DNA of 64,000 nucleotides, taken from Candidatus Daviesbacteria bacterium. Lineage in GTDB: Bacteria; Patescibacteriota; Microgenomatia; Daviesbacterales; UBA10151. The stretch spans positions 32,072-96,071 of the forward strand of contig JACOXH010000002.1 of the NCBI GenBank assembly GCA_016176415.1, read 5' to 3'. Positions 47,912-58,883 of this stretch are shown piece by piece (position 1 is the stretch's first letter; the number at the start of each line of letters is the position of its first letter). The notes under the pieces are model-generated. The model was not told the DNA's origin, did not search any database, and saw nothing but the letters and a program-made list of their open reading frames with translations. The position numbers were made by a program, and so were the translations under genes.

Positions 47912-49238
47912 TATTAAATACTTTCTCTACAGCTCCATTAAATTTTCTGCCTCTGTCAAATTCATTTTGAAATAAATTAAAAGAGGTAGCCCCCGGAGAA
48001 AAAAGGATGGTATCTCCGGACTTTGCTTCTTTTTTAACATCTCCCAGCAAACTTTCCAAATCATCATAAGTGCCTGCAATTATGGATTTGTTCCTGATCA
48101 GTTTTTTAATTTCTTCAGAGGAATCTCCTGTTAATAAAAAAACTCTTCTGGTACTTTTATCAGCTGACATTGCCATTTCAGTATAATCCATACCTTTGTT
48201 CATTCCTCCGCTGATTAAAATAAGGTTTGGTCCTCCAAGAGCTTGTAATGCAGCCACTGTGGCAACAGGATTAGTAGCGGTTGAATCGTTTATGATTTTA
48301 ATTCCGTTAAACTCTCCAGTCGTTTGCATTCTGAATTCTCCTCCTTTAAACCCTTCAAAAGCTTTAACAGCTATTTTATCCTCTATGCCTAAAGTTTCAG
48401 TAACCGCAATTGCAGCAGCATAATTTTGCAAATTAGCGACTCCTTTTAAAGGTAGTTCAATTTCAGAAAACTTTTCTTTGATATCTTCAAAGCAAAATTC
48501 TTTAATTTGAGATTTTATCCCTTGTAAAAATTGTTCACTAACAAAATCTTCCCCGCAGGGAATAAATAAGAAATCGTTTGTTGTCTGATCCAGAGCAATT
48601 CTTTTTTTAGCTTGCACATATTCTTCCATGGAAGAGTGCCAGTTGAGGTGATCAGGATAGATGTTTGTAATTACAGCTATATTGGGAGAAAAAGGCGTAG
48701 TGTTTAAAGACTGCAGTTGAAAAGAGGAAATTTCCACCACTATCCAGGGCTTTTCAGATAAAGCAGGTATAGTATCCAAAATACTTTTGCCGATATTGCC
48801 TGCAAACACTACTTTTTGACCTGAGGCTTTAATTGCTTCATAAATTAAAGAAGAGGTAGTGGATTTACCTTTTGTTCCTGTTACAGCAATCAGCTTTTTT
48901 TGATCTGCATACTCTAAAAAAACAGAAAAATCAGTCTCTACCCTTTTACCTTTTTTAAAAGCATATTTTAAATAAGGATTACTGTCTTTGACCCCGGGGT
49001 TTCTGATAATAATATCTGCCCAGTTTAAATCTTCATATTTGTGTTCACCCAGCGAATAGGTAATGTTTTTAAATTCTTTTAACTGCTCAAGTGATGGTTT
49101 TAAAATTTCTTCACTTTTTAAATCAGTAACTTTAACTTCTGCGCCCTCTTTGGCAAAAAATATGGCAGAACCCACACCCCCCTGATTTAATCCAAGGCCA
49201 AAAATTAAAACTTTCTTTCCTTTAAATTTATCCCCCAT
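47904..49238 (-). CDS. murD: UDP-N-acetylmuramoylalanine--D-glutamate ligase
   Basis: N-terminal Rossmann (IFGLGLNQGGVG) and VTGTKGKSTT. Confidence 0.85.
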   Translation of the reverse strand: MGDKFKGKKVLIFGLGLNQGGVGSAIFFAKEGAEVKVTDLKSEEILKPSLEQLKEFKNITYSLGEHKYEDLNWADIIIRNPGVKDSNPYLKYAFKKGKRVETDFSVFLEYADQKKLIAVTGTKGKSTTSSLIYEAIKASGQKVVFAGNIGKSILDTIPALSEKPWIVVEISSFQLQSLNTTPFSPNIAVITNIYPDHLNWHSSMEEYVQAKKRIALDQTTNDFLFIPCGEDFVSEQFLQGIKSQIKEFCFEDIKEKFSEIELPLKGVANLQNYAAAIAVTETLGIEDKIAVKAFEGFKGGEFRMQTTGEFNGIKIINDSTATNPVATVAALQALGGPNLILISGGMNKGMDYTEMAMSADKSTRRVFLLTGDSSEEIKKLIRNKSIIAGTYDDLESLLGDVKKEAKSGDTILFSPGATSFNLFQNEFDRGRKFNGAVEKVFNNE

Positions 49239-49278
49239 GATATGGTATTATACTGTTTTGATCGTAAGAATGCGAAAT

Positions 49279-50085
49279 ATGAAAAACAACCCAATAGGTA
49301 TTTTTGATTCAGGAATAGGCGGACTGACTATTGTAAAAGAGATAATAAAAGCTCTGCCTTTTGAGAGTATTATTTATCTGGGAGATACAGCCAGAGTGCC
49401 TTACGGGCCCAGATCAAAGGAAGTTATTGCCAAATTTGCCAAAGAACTTGCCCAATTCCTGCTGAAGCGTGACGTTAAGTGTTTAGTAGTAGCTTGTAAC
49501 ACCATTTCTGCTACATCTTTGGAAGAGATTGTAAAAATTTCTCCTGTTCCGGTTATAGGGGTAGTTGAACCTACAATTGAGGCAGCAGTCAAAACTATCA
49601 GAGGAAAAAAGATTGGGGTGATTGGTACAGCAGGCACTATAAACAGCGGTGTTTATGAGGATAAAATTGGTAAGTTGAATAAAAGTATTAAAGTGTCAGT
49701 TGGCGCCTGTCCCCTTTTTGTGCCTTTAGCTGAAGAAGGATTAGGCAATCATAAGGCTACAAAAATTATAGCTGAAGGTTATTTAAGAGGATTAAAAAAG
49801 AAAAAAATTGATACGCTTATTTTAGGTTGTACCCACTATCCGGTTTTGGCAGCAACAATACAGCAGATTATGGGTAAACAGGTTAAATTGGTAGATTCTG
49901 CCAAACCAACAGCTCAAAAATTAAAGCAGCTTTTAACAGAAAAAGAATTGGTGACAGAAAACAGAAGTCCTGAATACAGATTTTTTGTCACTGATGCGCC
50001 TGAAAAAGTAATTGAAGTGGCAGGCAGGTTTTTTGGTAAAGGCCTTGACGGAAATCTTGCTAAAATTAACCTACCAACTCTTTAG
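49279..50085 (+). CDS. murI: glutamate racemase
   Basis: IGIFDSGIGGLT, ACNT and GCTHYP motifs. ATG 49279 is preferred over 49237. Confidence 0.9.
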   Translation: MKNNPIGIFDSGIGGLTIVKEIIKALPFESIIYLGDTARVPYGPRSKEVIAKFAKELAQFLLKRDVKCLVVACNTISATSLEEIVKISPVPVIGVVEPTIEAAVKTIRGKKIGVIGTAGTINSGVYEDKIGKLNKSIKVSVGACPLFVPLAEEGLGNHKATKIIAEGYLRGLKKKKIDTLILGCTHYPVLAATIQQIMGKQVKLVDSAKPTAQKLKQLLTEKELVTENRSPEYRFFVTDAPEKVIEVAGRFFGKGLDGNLAKINLPTL

Positions 50086-51475
50086 CTAATTTATCTGTAT
50101 CTCCTGCGCTCATGAAAAAGAGAATATCCCCTTCTTTTATTTCTGGTTTGATTTTTTCCAAGACTTCACTTGCTGATCCTGCGTGAATCACCTCTTCTTT
50201 GTCTATTGCTGATACCAATTCTTTGCTGCTTGTTTGTCCTGTGTCAATTTCCCTTGAAGGGTAAATATCGATGATAAAAGTTTTGTCAGCAGGGATATTT
50301 TTGAAAACTTTGACAAAATCTTCAAATAAAGCTTTGGTTCTGGAAAACATGTGGGGTTGGTAAATTAAAAGCACTCTTTCTTTGGGAAACTTTTCCCTCA
50401 CTGCTTCCATGGTTTTTTCTATTTCTGTAGGGTGATGCCCAAAATCAGAATAAACCTTAGCCTCATTATATTCCCCAATGTATTCAAATCTTCTGCCTGC
50501 TCCGGTAAAAGATTCAAGGCTATCTTTAATAACCTGTGGTTCAATACCTAACATTAGTCCAACTTTAAAAGCTGCTGAAGCATTTAGCTGGTTAAAGTGG
50601 CCGGGGATTTTCAAATTAAATCTTTGCTCATTATTTGAGTAATCAAAACAAGTAATTTTACTTTCTTTCATTACTACTTTGATAATTTCTGCAACTGTAG
50701 TATCTGAAAGATTGGCAAAAATAGTATTTTTAGTTTGCAGCAAAAACTTTTTAAAGCTTGTCTTTACTGCTTCAAAATCCTTAAAGTATTCAGGGTGATC
50801 CATCTCAATATTAGTAACAACAGTGATGTCTGGTTTAAATGAAAGGAAATTGTCGTTAAACTCATCTGCCTCGATGACAATAAACCCACGGTCGTGAGGT
50901 TTTTGTATAGGGATCCGGTAGTTTGTGCCCCATTTTGGAATGATGGCTCCCAGCTCTACTGTTGGATCTAAGTTTGCATCCTCCAGTATTTTGGCAATCA
51001 TGGCAGTGGTTGTAGTTTTGCCGTGAGTTCCGGCAACAGCAATCACAAATTGATTTTTAGTAAGATGTTGTCCTAAGAATTGCTGCCAGGTCATAATCCC
51101 GATTTCTCGTTTTCTCGCTTCTCGTAACTCGTCGTTATCAGGATCTAAGGAATAAATAGCAGGAGTAACAGCAAGAATGTCAATTAAATTGTCATTCTGA
51201 GGAGTCATCGACGAAGAATCTCTCCTCTGCAAAGCAGTTGTTTCACAACACTTGTTTGAGACCCACATTCGTGGGAGATCCTTCGCTAATCGCTCAGGAT
51301 GACAATAAAGATGTTGTGGTGAATGGCCTTTTAAAAGCTGATGAGGTTTAAAGACAGAGGTAAATTCGTTATCTGGTTCCAAATCACATCCAGTTACTTC
51401 AAAACCCTGGGCCTCTGCAATCTTTGCCGCCGCCGACGCCCCGCTTCCCCCTATTCCTAAAAAATGTACTCTCAT
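50066..51475 (-). CDS. murC: UDP-N-acetylmuramate--L-alanine ligase, with an in-frame repeat insertion
   Basis: HFLGIGGSGASAAA and VAGTHGKTTTTAM. An approximately 39 aa insert is encoded by MITE-like copy C. Confidence 0.9.
   Translation of the reverse strand: MRVHFLGIGGSGASAAAKIAEAQGFEVTGCDLEPDNEFTSVFKPHQLLKGHSPQHLYCHPERLAKDLPRMWVSNKCCETTALQRRDSSSMTPQNDNLIDILAVTPAIYSLDPDNDELREARKREIGIMTWQQFLGQHLTKNQFVIAVAGTHGKTTTTAMIAKILEDANLDPTVELGAIIPKWGTNYRIPIQKPHDRGFIVIEADEFNDNFLSFKPDITVVTNIEMDHPEYFKDFEAVKTSFKKFLLQTKNTIFANLSDTTVAEIIKVVMKESKITCFDYSNNEQRFNLKIPGHFNQLNASAAFKVGLMLGIEPQVIKDSLESFTGAGRRFEYIGEYNEAKVYSDFGHHPTEIEKTMEAVREKFPKERVLLIYQPHMFSRTKALFEDFVKVFKNIPADKTFIIDIYPSREIDTGQTSSKELVSAIDKEEVIHAGSASEVLEKIKPEIKEGDILFFMSAGDTDKLAKELVG
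51190..51304. repeat. MITE-like palindromic element, copy C, inside murC
   Basis: TGTCATTCTGAGG...CGCTCAGGATGACA. It translates in the murC frame as CHPERLAKDL...MTPQNDN. Confidence 0.75.
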
Positions 51476-51482
51476 ATGGAGA

Positions 51483-53494
<2,012 letters not shown>

Positions 53495-53508
53495 CTGTCG
53501 CTATTGTA

Positions 53509-54114
53509 TCATTTTAAAGTGGGCATTTCCAGCATCAGATATTCTAAAATAGCCCTGATATTTACATTTTGTTTAACCCATTTTTCTGCCTCCAAAAGCT
53601 TGTTTGCAAAGTCCGGATAATCTGTAATGTGGTTACGAAAATAAGCAATTAAATTTTGTAAAAGTTCTTCCCTGTTTTTGGTTTTCTCCACCACTTCAAA
53701 CCTTTGTTCGGGCGTTGCCTTAAGTAGTTTTTCTATGTCTTTTGAATTATTCATGACTCTTGACTCTAGACCCTTGACTCTAACTATCTCGCACCTTGAA
53801 AGTATAGTTGGTAATATTGTTGTATCTGAATTGGCTCTCATCAAAAATTGGCCATTAGCAGGCAGCTCTTCTATGGTTTTTAACAGCGCATTTTGGGCTT
53901 CTAAAGTCATGACTGAAATATCCTCAATAATCACACTCCTTCCTTTAGCAGAGTATGGTTTTAGGGAAAAATGCTCTTTTATTTTTCTGGCCTCTGCTAT
54001 TCCCAGTTTTTCCCCCGCTTTAAAATACAGAGTATCCGGGTGATTCACGTTCCCACTTTCCATGTGGGAAGCCAGGGTTTGAGGACTGGGAGAAATCAGA
54101 AGCCTTGCAATCAT
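53509..54114 (-). CDS. holB: DNA polymerase III delta-prime-like protein (short)
   Basis: NALLKTIEELP and the SRC motif (TILSRCEIV). It lacks an obvious Walker A. Confidence 0.55.
   Translation of the reverse strand: MIARLLISPSPQTLASHMESGNVNHPDTLYFKAGEKLGIAEARKIKEHFSLKPYSAKGRSVIIEDISVMTLEAQNALLKTIEELPANGQFLMRANSDTTILPTILSRCEIVRVKGLESRVMNNSKDIEKLLKATPEQRFEVVEKTKNREELLQNLIAYFRNHITDYPDFANKLLEAEKWVKQNVNIRAILEYLMLEMPTLK
53754..53781. repeat. TGACTCT-type repeats inside the holB-like gene
   Basis: TGACTCT TGACTCT AGACCC TTGACTCT, encoding VKGLESRVM. Confidence 0.65.
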
Positions 54115-54139
54115 AGGCAGATTTTAACATAATTAAAGT

Positions 54140-55846
54140 ATGCCCAATTTTGCTGCCCAGAATTACACCATTGAAGACATTCTTTTTAAGCAGGGATTAA
54201 TCAGCGCTGATCAGCTTTCCCAGGTTAAATTAGAAAGTATTAACTCCGGACAGCCTGTTGAAAGCATCTTAATCACCCATAAAGTGGTGCCGGCTGACAA
54301 AATTATTCAGGCTAAAGCCCAAATTTTGGGAGTTCCCTATATTAAACTTGAAGATAAAGCAATCTCTGCAGATATTTTAAATCTGATTCCTGAACCTGCT
54401 GCCCGCCGCTATTCCATTATTCCTTTTGAAAAAAGAGAAGACGAGCTGTCTGTGGCAATGGCAGACCCTTTAGATATCCAGATTACTCAATTTATAGAAA
54501 AGAAAACCGGTTTGCGGGTTAAGCCGTTTTTGGCACAACAGGAAGATATTATAAAAGCAATTTCCGATCAGTATTCTCAAAATTTAACTTCAGAAGTAAC
54601 TTCTGCTTTGCAGGAAGTGGAAGCTGTTACGCCTGATGAGGAGACGGCAGCAGGACCGGAAATCTTACGCGAAGCTCCTGTTTCCAACATTATTGATCAT
54701 TTGCTGCAATATGCCATCAAAAGCCGCGCCTCTGATATTCACGTTGAGCCGCAGGAAGACCGGACCCGCGTACGCTACAGAATAGACGGTATTTTGCAGG
54801 AAAAAGTTTTACTTCCAAAGGGTGTACACGATGCTTTAGTTTCCAGGGTGAAGATCTTATCAGTCCTAAAAATTGACGAGAAAAGACTGCCTCAGGACGG
54901 CAGGTTTACATTTACCTATGGGAAGGACGTAATAGATCTGCGTGTTTCCACTATCCCTACAGTTTTTGGTGAAAAGGTAGTGATGAGGCTTTTGCCCAAG
55001 TCAATGGGGGCGCCCACGCTTTTGGAACTTGGTTTAAGAGGGGTATCTTTTAAGGCTTTGGAAGGTCAGATGCTCCGTACACACGGTATTATTTTAATCT
55101 GCGGGCCTACAGGTTCAGGTAAAACTACTACTCTTTATTCAGTATTGAGTAAAATTTCTACAACCAAAGTTAACGTGGTAACCATTGAAGATCCGGTAGA
55201 GTATCAAATTGCCGGCGTAAATCAGGTTCAGGCAAATCCCCAGGTTGGTTTAACTTTTGCTTCCGCTTTGCGGAGTTTCCTGCGTCAGGATCCCAATATT
55301 ATTATGGTGGGAGAAATCCGTGATACGGAAACTGCAGATTTGGCAATTCAGGCTGCTTTAACCGGACATCAGGTTTTTTCCACTATTCACACCAACTCTG
55401 CTGCCGGCGCCCCTCCCAGGCTTTTGGATATGGGCGTTGAGCCCTTTTTACTGATTTCTGCTCTGAATGCAGTAGTAGGACAAAGAGTTGTCAGAAAAAT
55501 TTGTTCTCACTGCAAAGCCGAATTTAATGCCCCGCCTGAAGTGGCAGAAACAATTAAACATATTTTAGGCAGACTGCTTCCTCCCTCTACAGGAATTTTA
55601 AAACTGTACAAAGGGAGGGGTTGTAATTTTTGCGCCAATACCGGTTATTTAGGCAGAGTGGGAATATTTGAAGTTTTAGTAATTACGGATCAAATTGCTA
55701 AGTTGGTTTTGGAGCATGTTTCATCTCATTCTATCGAAGAGGCTGCTGTTTCTGCAGGCATGATTACTATGAAACAGGATGGGTATTTGAAAGTTCTGGA
55801 AGGCGTGACTACCATGGAGGAGGTGTTAAGAGTCGCACAAGATTGA
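54140..55846 (+). CDS. pilB: type IV pilus assembly ATPase PilB (GspE family)
   Basis: N-terminal GSPII_E_N-like domain, Walker A GPTGSGKTTT, and the tetracysteine CSHC...CNFC. Confidence 0.9.
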   Translation: MPNFAAQNYTIEDILFKQGLISADQLSQVKLESINSGQPVESILITHKVVPADKIIQAKAQILGVPYIKLEDKAISADILNLIPEPAARRYSIIPFEKREDELSVAMADPLDIQITQFIEKKTGLRVKPFLAQQEDIIKAISDQYSQNLTSEVTSALQEVEAVTPDEETAAGPEILREAPVSNIIDHLLQYAIKSRASDIHVEPQEDRTRVRYRIDGILQEKVLLPKGVHDALVSRVKILSVLKIDEKRLPQDGRFTFTYGKDVIDLRVSTIPTVFGEKVVMRLLPKSMGAPTLLELGLRGVSFKALEGQMLRTHGIILICGPTGSGKTTTLYSVLSKISTTKVNVVTIEDPVEYQIAGVNQVQANPQVGLTFASALRSFLRQDPNIIMVGEIRDTETADLAIQAALTGHQVFSTIHTNSAAGAPPRLLDMGVEPFLLISALNAVVGQRVVRKICSHCKAEFNAPPEVAETIKHILGRLLPPSTGILKLYKGRGCNFCANTGYLGRVGIFEVLVITDQIAKLVLEHVSSHSIEEAAVSAGMITMKQDGYLKVLEGVTTMEEVLRVAQD

Positions 55847-55850
55847 TATA

Positions 55851-55972
55851 AATTCTAAGCACTAAATCCTAAATACTAAACAAATCCAAATGTACAAAAT
55901 ACAAAATTCAAAACTTTTGAACATTTGATATTTGGATTTTGATATTGTTTAGAGTTTAGATATTAGAATTTA
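55851..55972. repeat. approximately 120-nt imperfect palindrome built from CTAAAT-type heptamers
   Basis: The left arm (55851-55892) is complementary to the right arm (55931-55972). It lies in the pilB-pilT spacer. Confidence 0.7.
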
Positions 55973-55987
55973 GAGTTTAATAAAATT

Positions 55988-57040
55988 ATGAACATACAAC
56001 AGCTTTTAGATATAACGGTTCAGAGAAATGCTTCGGATTTACACTTGTCCGTAGGGTTTCCGCCCATTGTAAGGGTTCACGGAGAACTTTTGCCGGTTCC
56101 CGGCGAAGAAGCGATTTCACCCCAACAGATGGACAGTTTAATTTTGCCCCTTATTTCCGATATACAAAAAAATATTTTCTCACAAACTTTCGAGTTGGAT
56201 TTTTCCTTTGAACATCAGGGAAAAGCAAGATTCAGGGTTAACCTTTACAGGCAAAAAGGCCACCCTGCAGTATCACTCCGGCTGATCCCCTACACTATCC
56301 CCCAGGTTGCACAATTAGGATTTCCGCAGGTAATCAGCAGAATGCTGGAACTCAAACAGGGGTTTATTTTGGTAACCGGTCCTACAGGTCATGGCAAATC
56401 AACTACTTTGGCCTCGTTTATCAATCAAATTAACCAAAGCCGCGCTGCTCACATTATTACCATTGAAGATCCCATTGAATATGTTTATCCTGCCGGTAAG
56501 TCATTAATAGAACAAAGAGAGATGTATTCTGATACAAGGTCGTGGGACAATGCCCTGCGTGCTTCTTTGCGTGAAGATCCGGATGTGGTGTTAATCGGTG
56601 AAATGAGAGATCTGGAGACGATTGCATCAGCTATGACTATTGCTGAAACAGGACATTTGGTTTTTGCCACGCTGCATACTAACTCTGCTGCTCAGTCAGT
56701 TGACCGTATTATTGACGTTTTCCCTGAAGTTCAACAGCCGCAAATCAGGCTTCAGTTGGCAGCAACACTGGAAGCTATCCTGTCGCTCCGTCTTGTGCCT
56801 ACTGTTAGCCCGGGCAGAGTTTTAGCTTCAGAGTTGTTGTTTGCTACACCGGCGGTGCGCAATGTAATCAGAGAAGGAAAATCATACCTGATTGATAATA
56901 TTATTGAAACATCAGCAGAATCAGGCATGCAGACTCTGGAAAAATCACTGGCTGATTTAGTTAAAAAAGGAAGAATTTCGCAGGAAGTAGCCGGCCGTTA
57001 CTCGCTCCGTCCTGAATTACTGTATAAGCTTATTAAATAA
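55988..57040 (+). CDS. pilT: twitching motility / pilus retraction ATPase PilT
   Basis: ASDLHL, Walker A GPTGHGKSTT, and GHLVFATLHTNSA. Confidence 0.9.
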   Translation: MNIQQLLDITVQRNASDLHLSVGFPPIVRVHGELLPVPGEEAISPQQMDSLILPLISDIQKNIFSQTFELDFSFEHQGKARFRVNLYRQKGHPAVSLRLIPYTIPQVAQLGFPQVISRMLELKQGFILVTGPTGHGKSTTLASFINQINQSRAAHIITIEDPIEYVYPAGKSLIEQREMYSDTRSWDNALRASLREDPDVVLIGEMRDLETIASAMTIAETGHLVFATLHTNSAAQSVDRIIDVFPEVQQPQIRLQLAATLEAILSLRLVPTVSPGRVLASELLFATPAVRNVIREGKSYLIDNIIETSAESGMQTLEKSLADLVKKGRISQEVAGRYSLRPELLYKLIK

Positions 57041-57048
57041 CTCAGACT

Positions 57049-58248
57049 ATGGAATTTTTATACAAAGCCAAAGATCTGCAGGGTGAGGATCATACCGGTA
57101 GCGTTCAGTCTCCTGATGCTCATTCTGCTGCAGCAATTATAAGAAAAAAAGGGCTGATTATTATTTCTATTAATCTCAAGAATGCTCCTGCAAATAGGTT
57201 TTTGGACCGTTTTTTAAACAGGGTCAGTTTAACGGAACTGGTGATTATTACCCGGCAGCTGGCCACTATGGTATCCAGCGGTTTAGTTTTGTCTGAGGCA
57301 ATAGATATTTTGGAAGAACAGCAGATTAATAAGACCTTAAAAAAGGCCTTGTCAGAAATTTCCCAGGATATCAAAGGAGGGCTTACTCTGGCTCAGGCTT
57401 TGAGCAAATATCCTGATATTTTTCCTCATCTTTACGTAAATTTGGTTAAAAGCGGAGAGGCTTCGGGAAAACTGGATACAGTTTTGCTGCAAATGGCGGA
57501 CGGGCTGGAAAAAGACAGGGAATTTCAGTCCCGGATCCGCGGTGCCCTGATTTATCCTGTGGTTGTAATGACAATGATGGTAGTAGTGATGATTATTATG
57601 ATGGTTTTTGTTATTCCAAAATTATTGTCTCTTTATTCCCAATCAACTATAGAATTACCTCTTCCTACAAAAATCCTGATTACAACTTCCAACATTTTTG
57701 TAAATTTTTGGTGGGCGGGCCTGGCAGTTTTGGTTCTGGCGGTGACGGGTCTAACCCGCTGGAAACGGACGCCGCAAGGCAGTTTATTTTTAGGCAGGCT
57801 GATTTTGAGGACCCCTATTATCGGGAAAATTGCCTCAAACGTGGTTTTGACTAATTTTACCCGTACATTCGGATTGCTTACTGCTGCCGGTATCCCTTTG
57901 CTTGAATCGATCGGCATAGTGTCTGATTTAACAGATAACCCTGTCTATAAAAATGCCCTTAAGGATGCATACAACGGTGTTGAGAAAGGTCTGCCTTTTT
58001 CTTCACTTTTGGTTTCTTCTGTTTTCCCTAAAATTGTCAGTCAGATGATTAAGGTCGGTGAAGAAACGGGAAAGTTAGATGCAATCTTTTTAAAACTTTC
58101 AGAGTATTTTGAATCTGAATCAGATCATTTGGTCAAAAACTTAACAGTGGCAATAGAACCGGTTGTCCTGATTATTTTAGGGATAGGTGTGGCATTTTTG
58201 GTGATCTCCATAATCCTACCTATTTATAAGTTGACAACATCATTTTAG
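57049..58248 (+). CDS. pilC: type IV pilus platform protein PilC (GspF family)
   Basis: Two GspF-like repeats and three TM segments. Confidence 0.9.
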   Translation: MEFLYKAKDLQGEDHTGSVQSPDAHSAAAIIRKKGLIIISINLKNAPANRFLDRFLNRVSLTELVIITRQLATMVSSGLVLSEAIDILEEQQINKTLKKALSEISQDIKGGLTLAQALSKYPDIFPHLYVNLVKSGEASGKLDTVLLQMADGLEKDREFQSRIRGALIYPVVVMTMMVVVMIIMMVFVIPKLLSLYSQSTIELPLPTKILITTSNIFVNFWWAGLAVLVLAVTGLTRWKRTPQGSLFLGRLILRTPIIGKIASNVVLTNFTRTFGLLTAAGIPLLESIGIVSDLTDNPVYKNALKDAYNGVEKGLPFSSLLVSSVFPKIVSQMIKVGEETGKLDAIFLKLSEYFESESDHLVKNLTVAIEPVVLIILGIGVAFLVISIILPIYKLTTSF

Positions 58249-58339
58249 TGTCTAGATTTTAGCGACTAGACTCTAATTGACACTTGACGACTCGTCATAA
58301 ATTGTGTCTACAATGAAATACAAGAGGGGGTGAGAAATT

Positions 58340-58879
58340 TTGAAAAAATCTGCTCAAGTTCACAAAGGTTTTACCCTTGTTGAACTTTTAATTGTTATGG
58401 CAATCATGGGTATTCTAGCCCTGGTTGTTTTAGTGATTATTAACCCTTTGGAGGTAACCCGCCGGGGACGCGATTCAGCCCGTTTGGCTGATTTAGCCAG
58501 TTTGCAGCAGGCAATTAACGTAGCTGTACAAGAAGCAACTACTTCTTCAGCTGAAATCCTTTGTAGTGGGACCACTGCTCCGTGTAGTGGCTCTAGTCAC
58601 ACAGGCAGCAGAAGCGCTAACGGTACAGGTTGGATAAAAGTCGACTTGTCTTCAAATTCGACCATGTCAGTTGCAGCTTTACCAATTGATCAGACCAACA
58701 GCAGTCAATACCATTATACTTATTGTTCTGATGGTAACGCCTGGGAAATTAATGCAACATTGGAGTCTCAACAGCAGTCAGGTAAGCCAGGAAACGATGG
58801 GGGTAATGACCCCGCGCTTTACGAGGTTGGATCTAATTTAGGACTTATTGCCACGTCAGGGGGAAGTTGTTCTTATTAA
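58340..58879 (+). CDS. type IV pilin (candidate major pilin)
   Basis: The prepilin leader ends KGFTLVELLIVMAIMGIL. TTG start with a GGGGGTGAG ribosome-binding site. Confidence 0.8.
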   Translation: MKKSAQVHKGFTLVELLIVMAIMGILALVVLVIINPLEVTRRGRDSARLADLASLQQAINVAVQEATTSSAEILCSGTTAPCSGSSHTGSRSANGTGWIKVDLSSNSTMSVAALPIDQTNSSQYHYTYCSDGNAWEINATLESQQQSGKPGNDGGNDPALYEVGSNLGLIATSGGSCSY

Positions 58880-58883
58880 ATAA

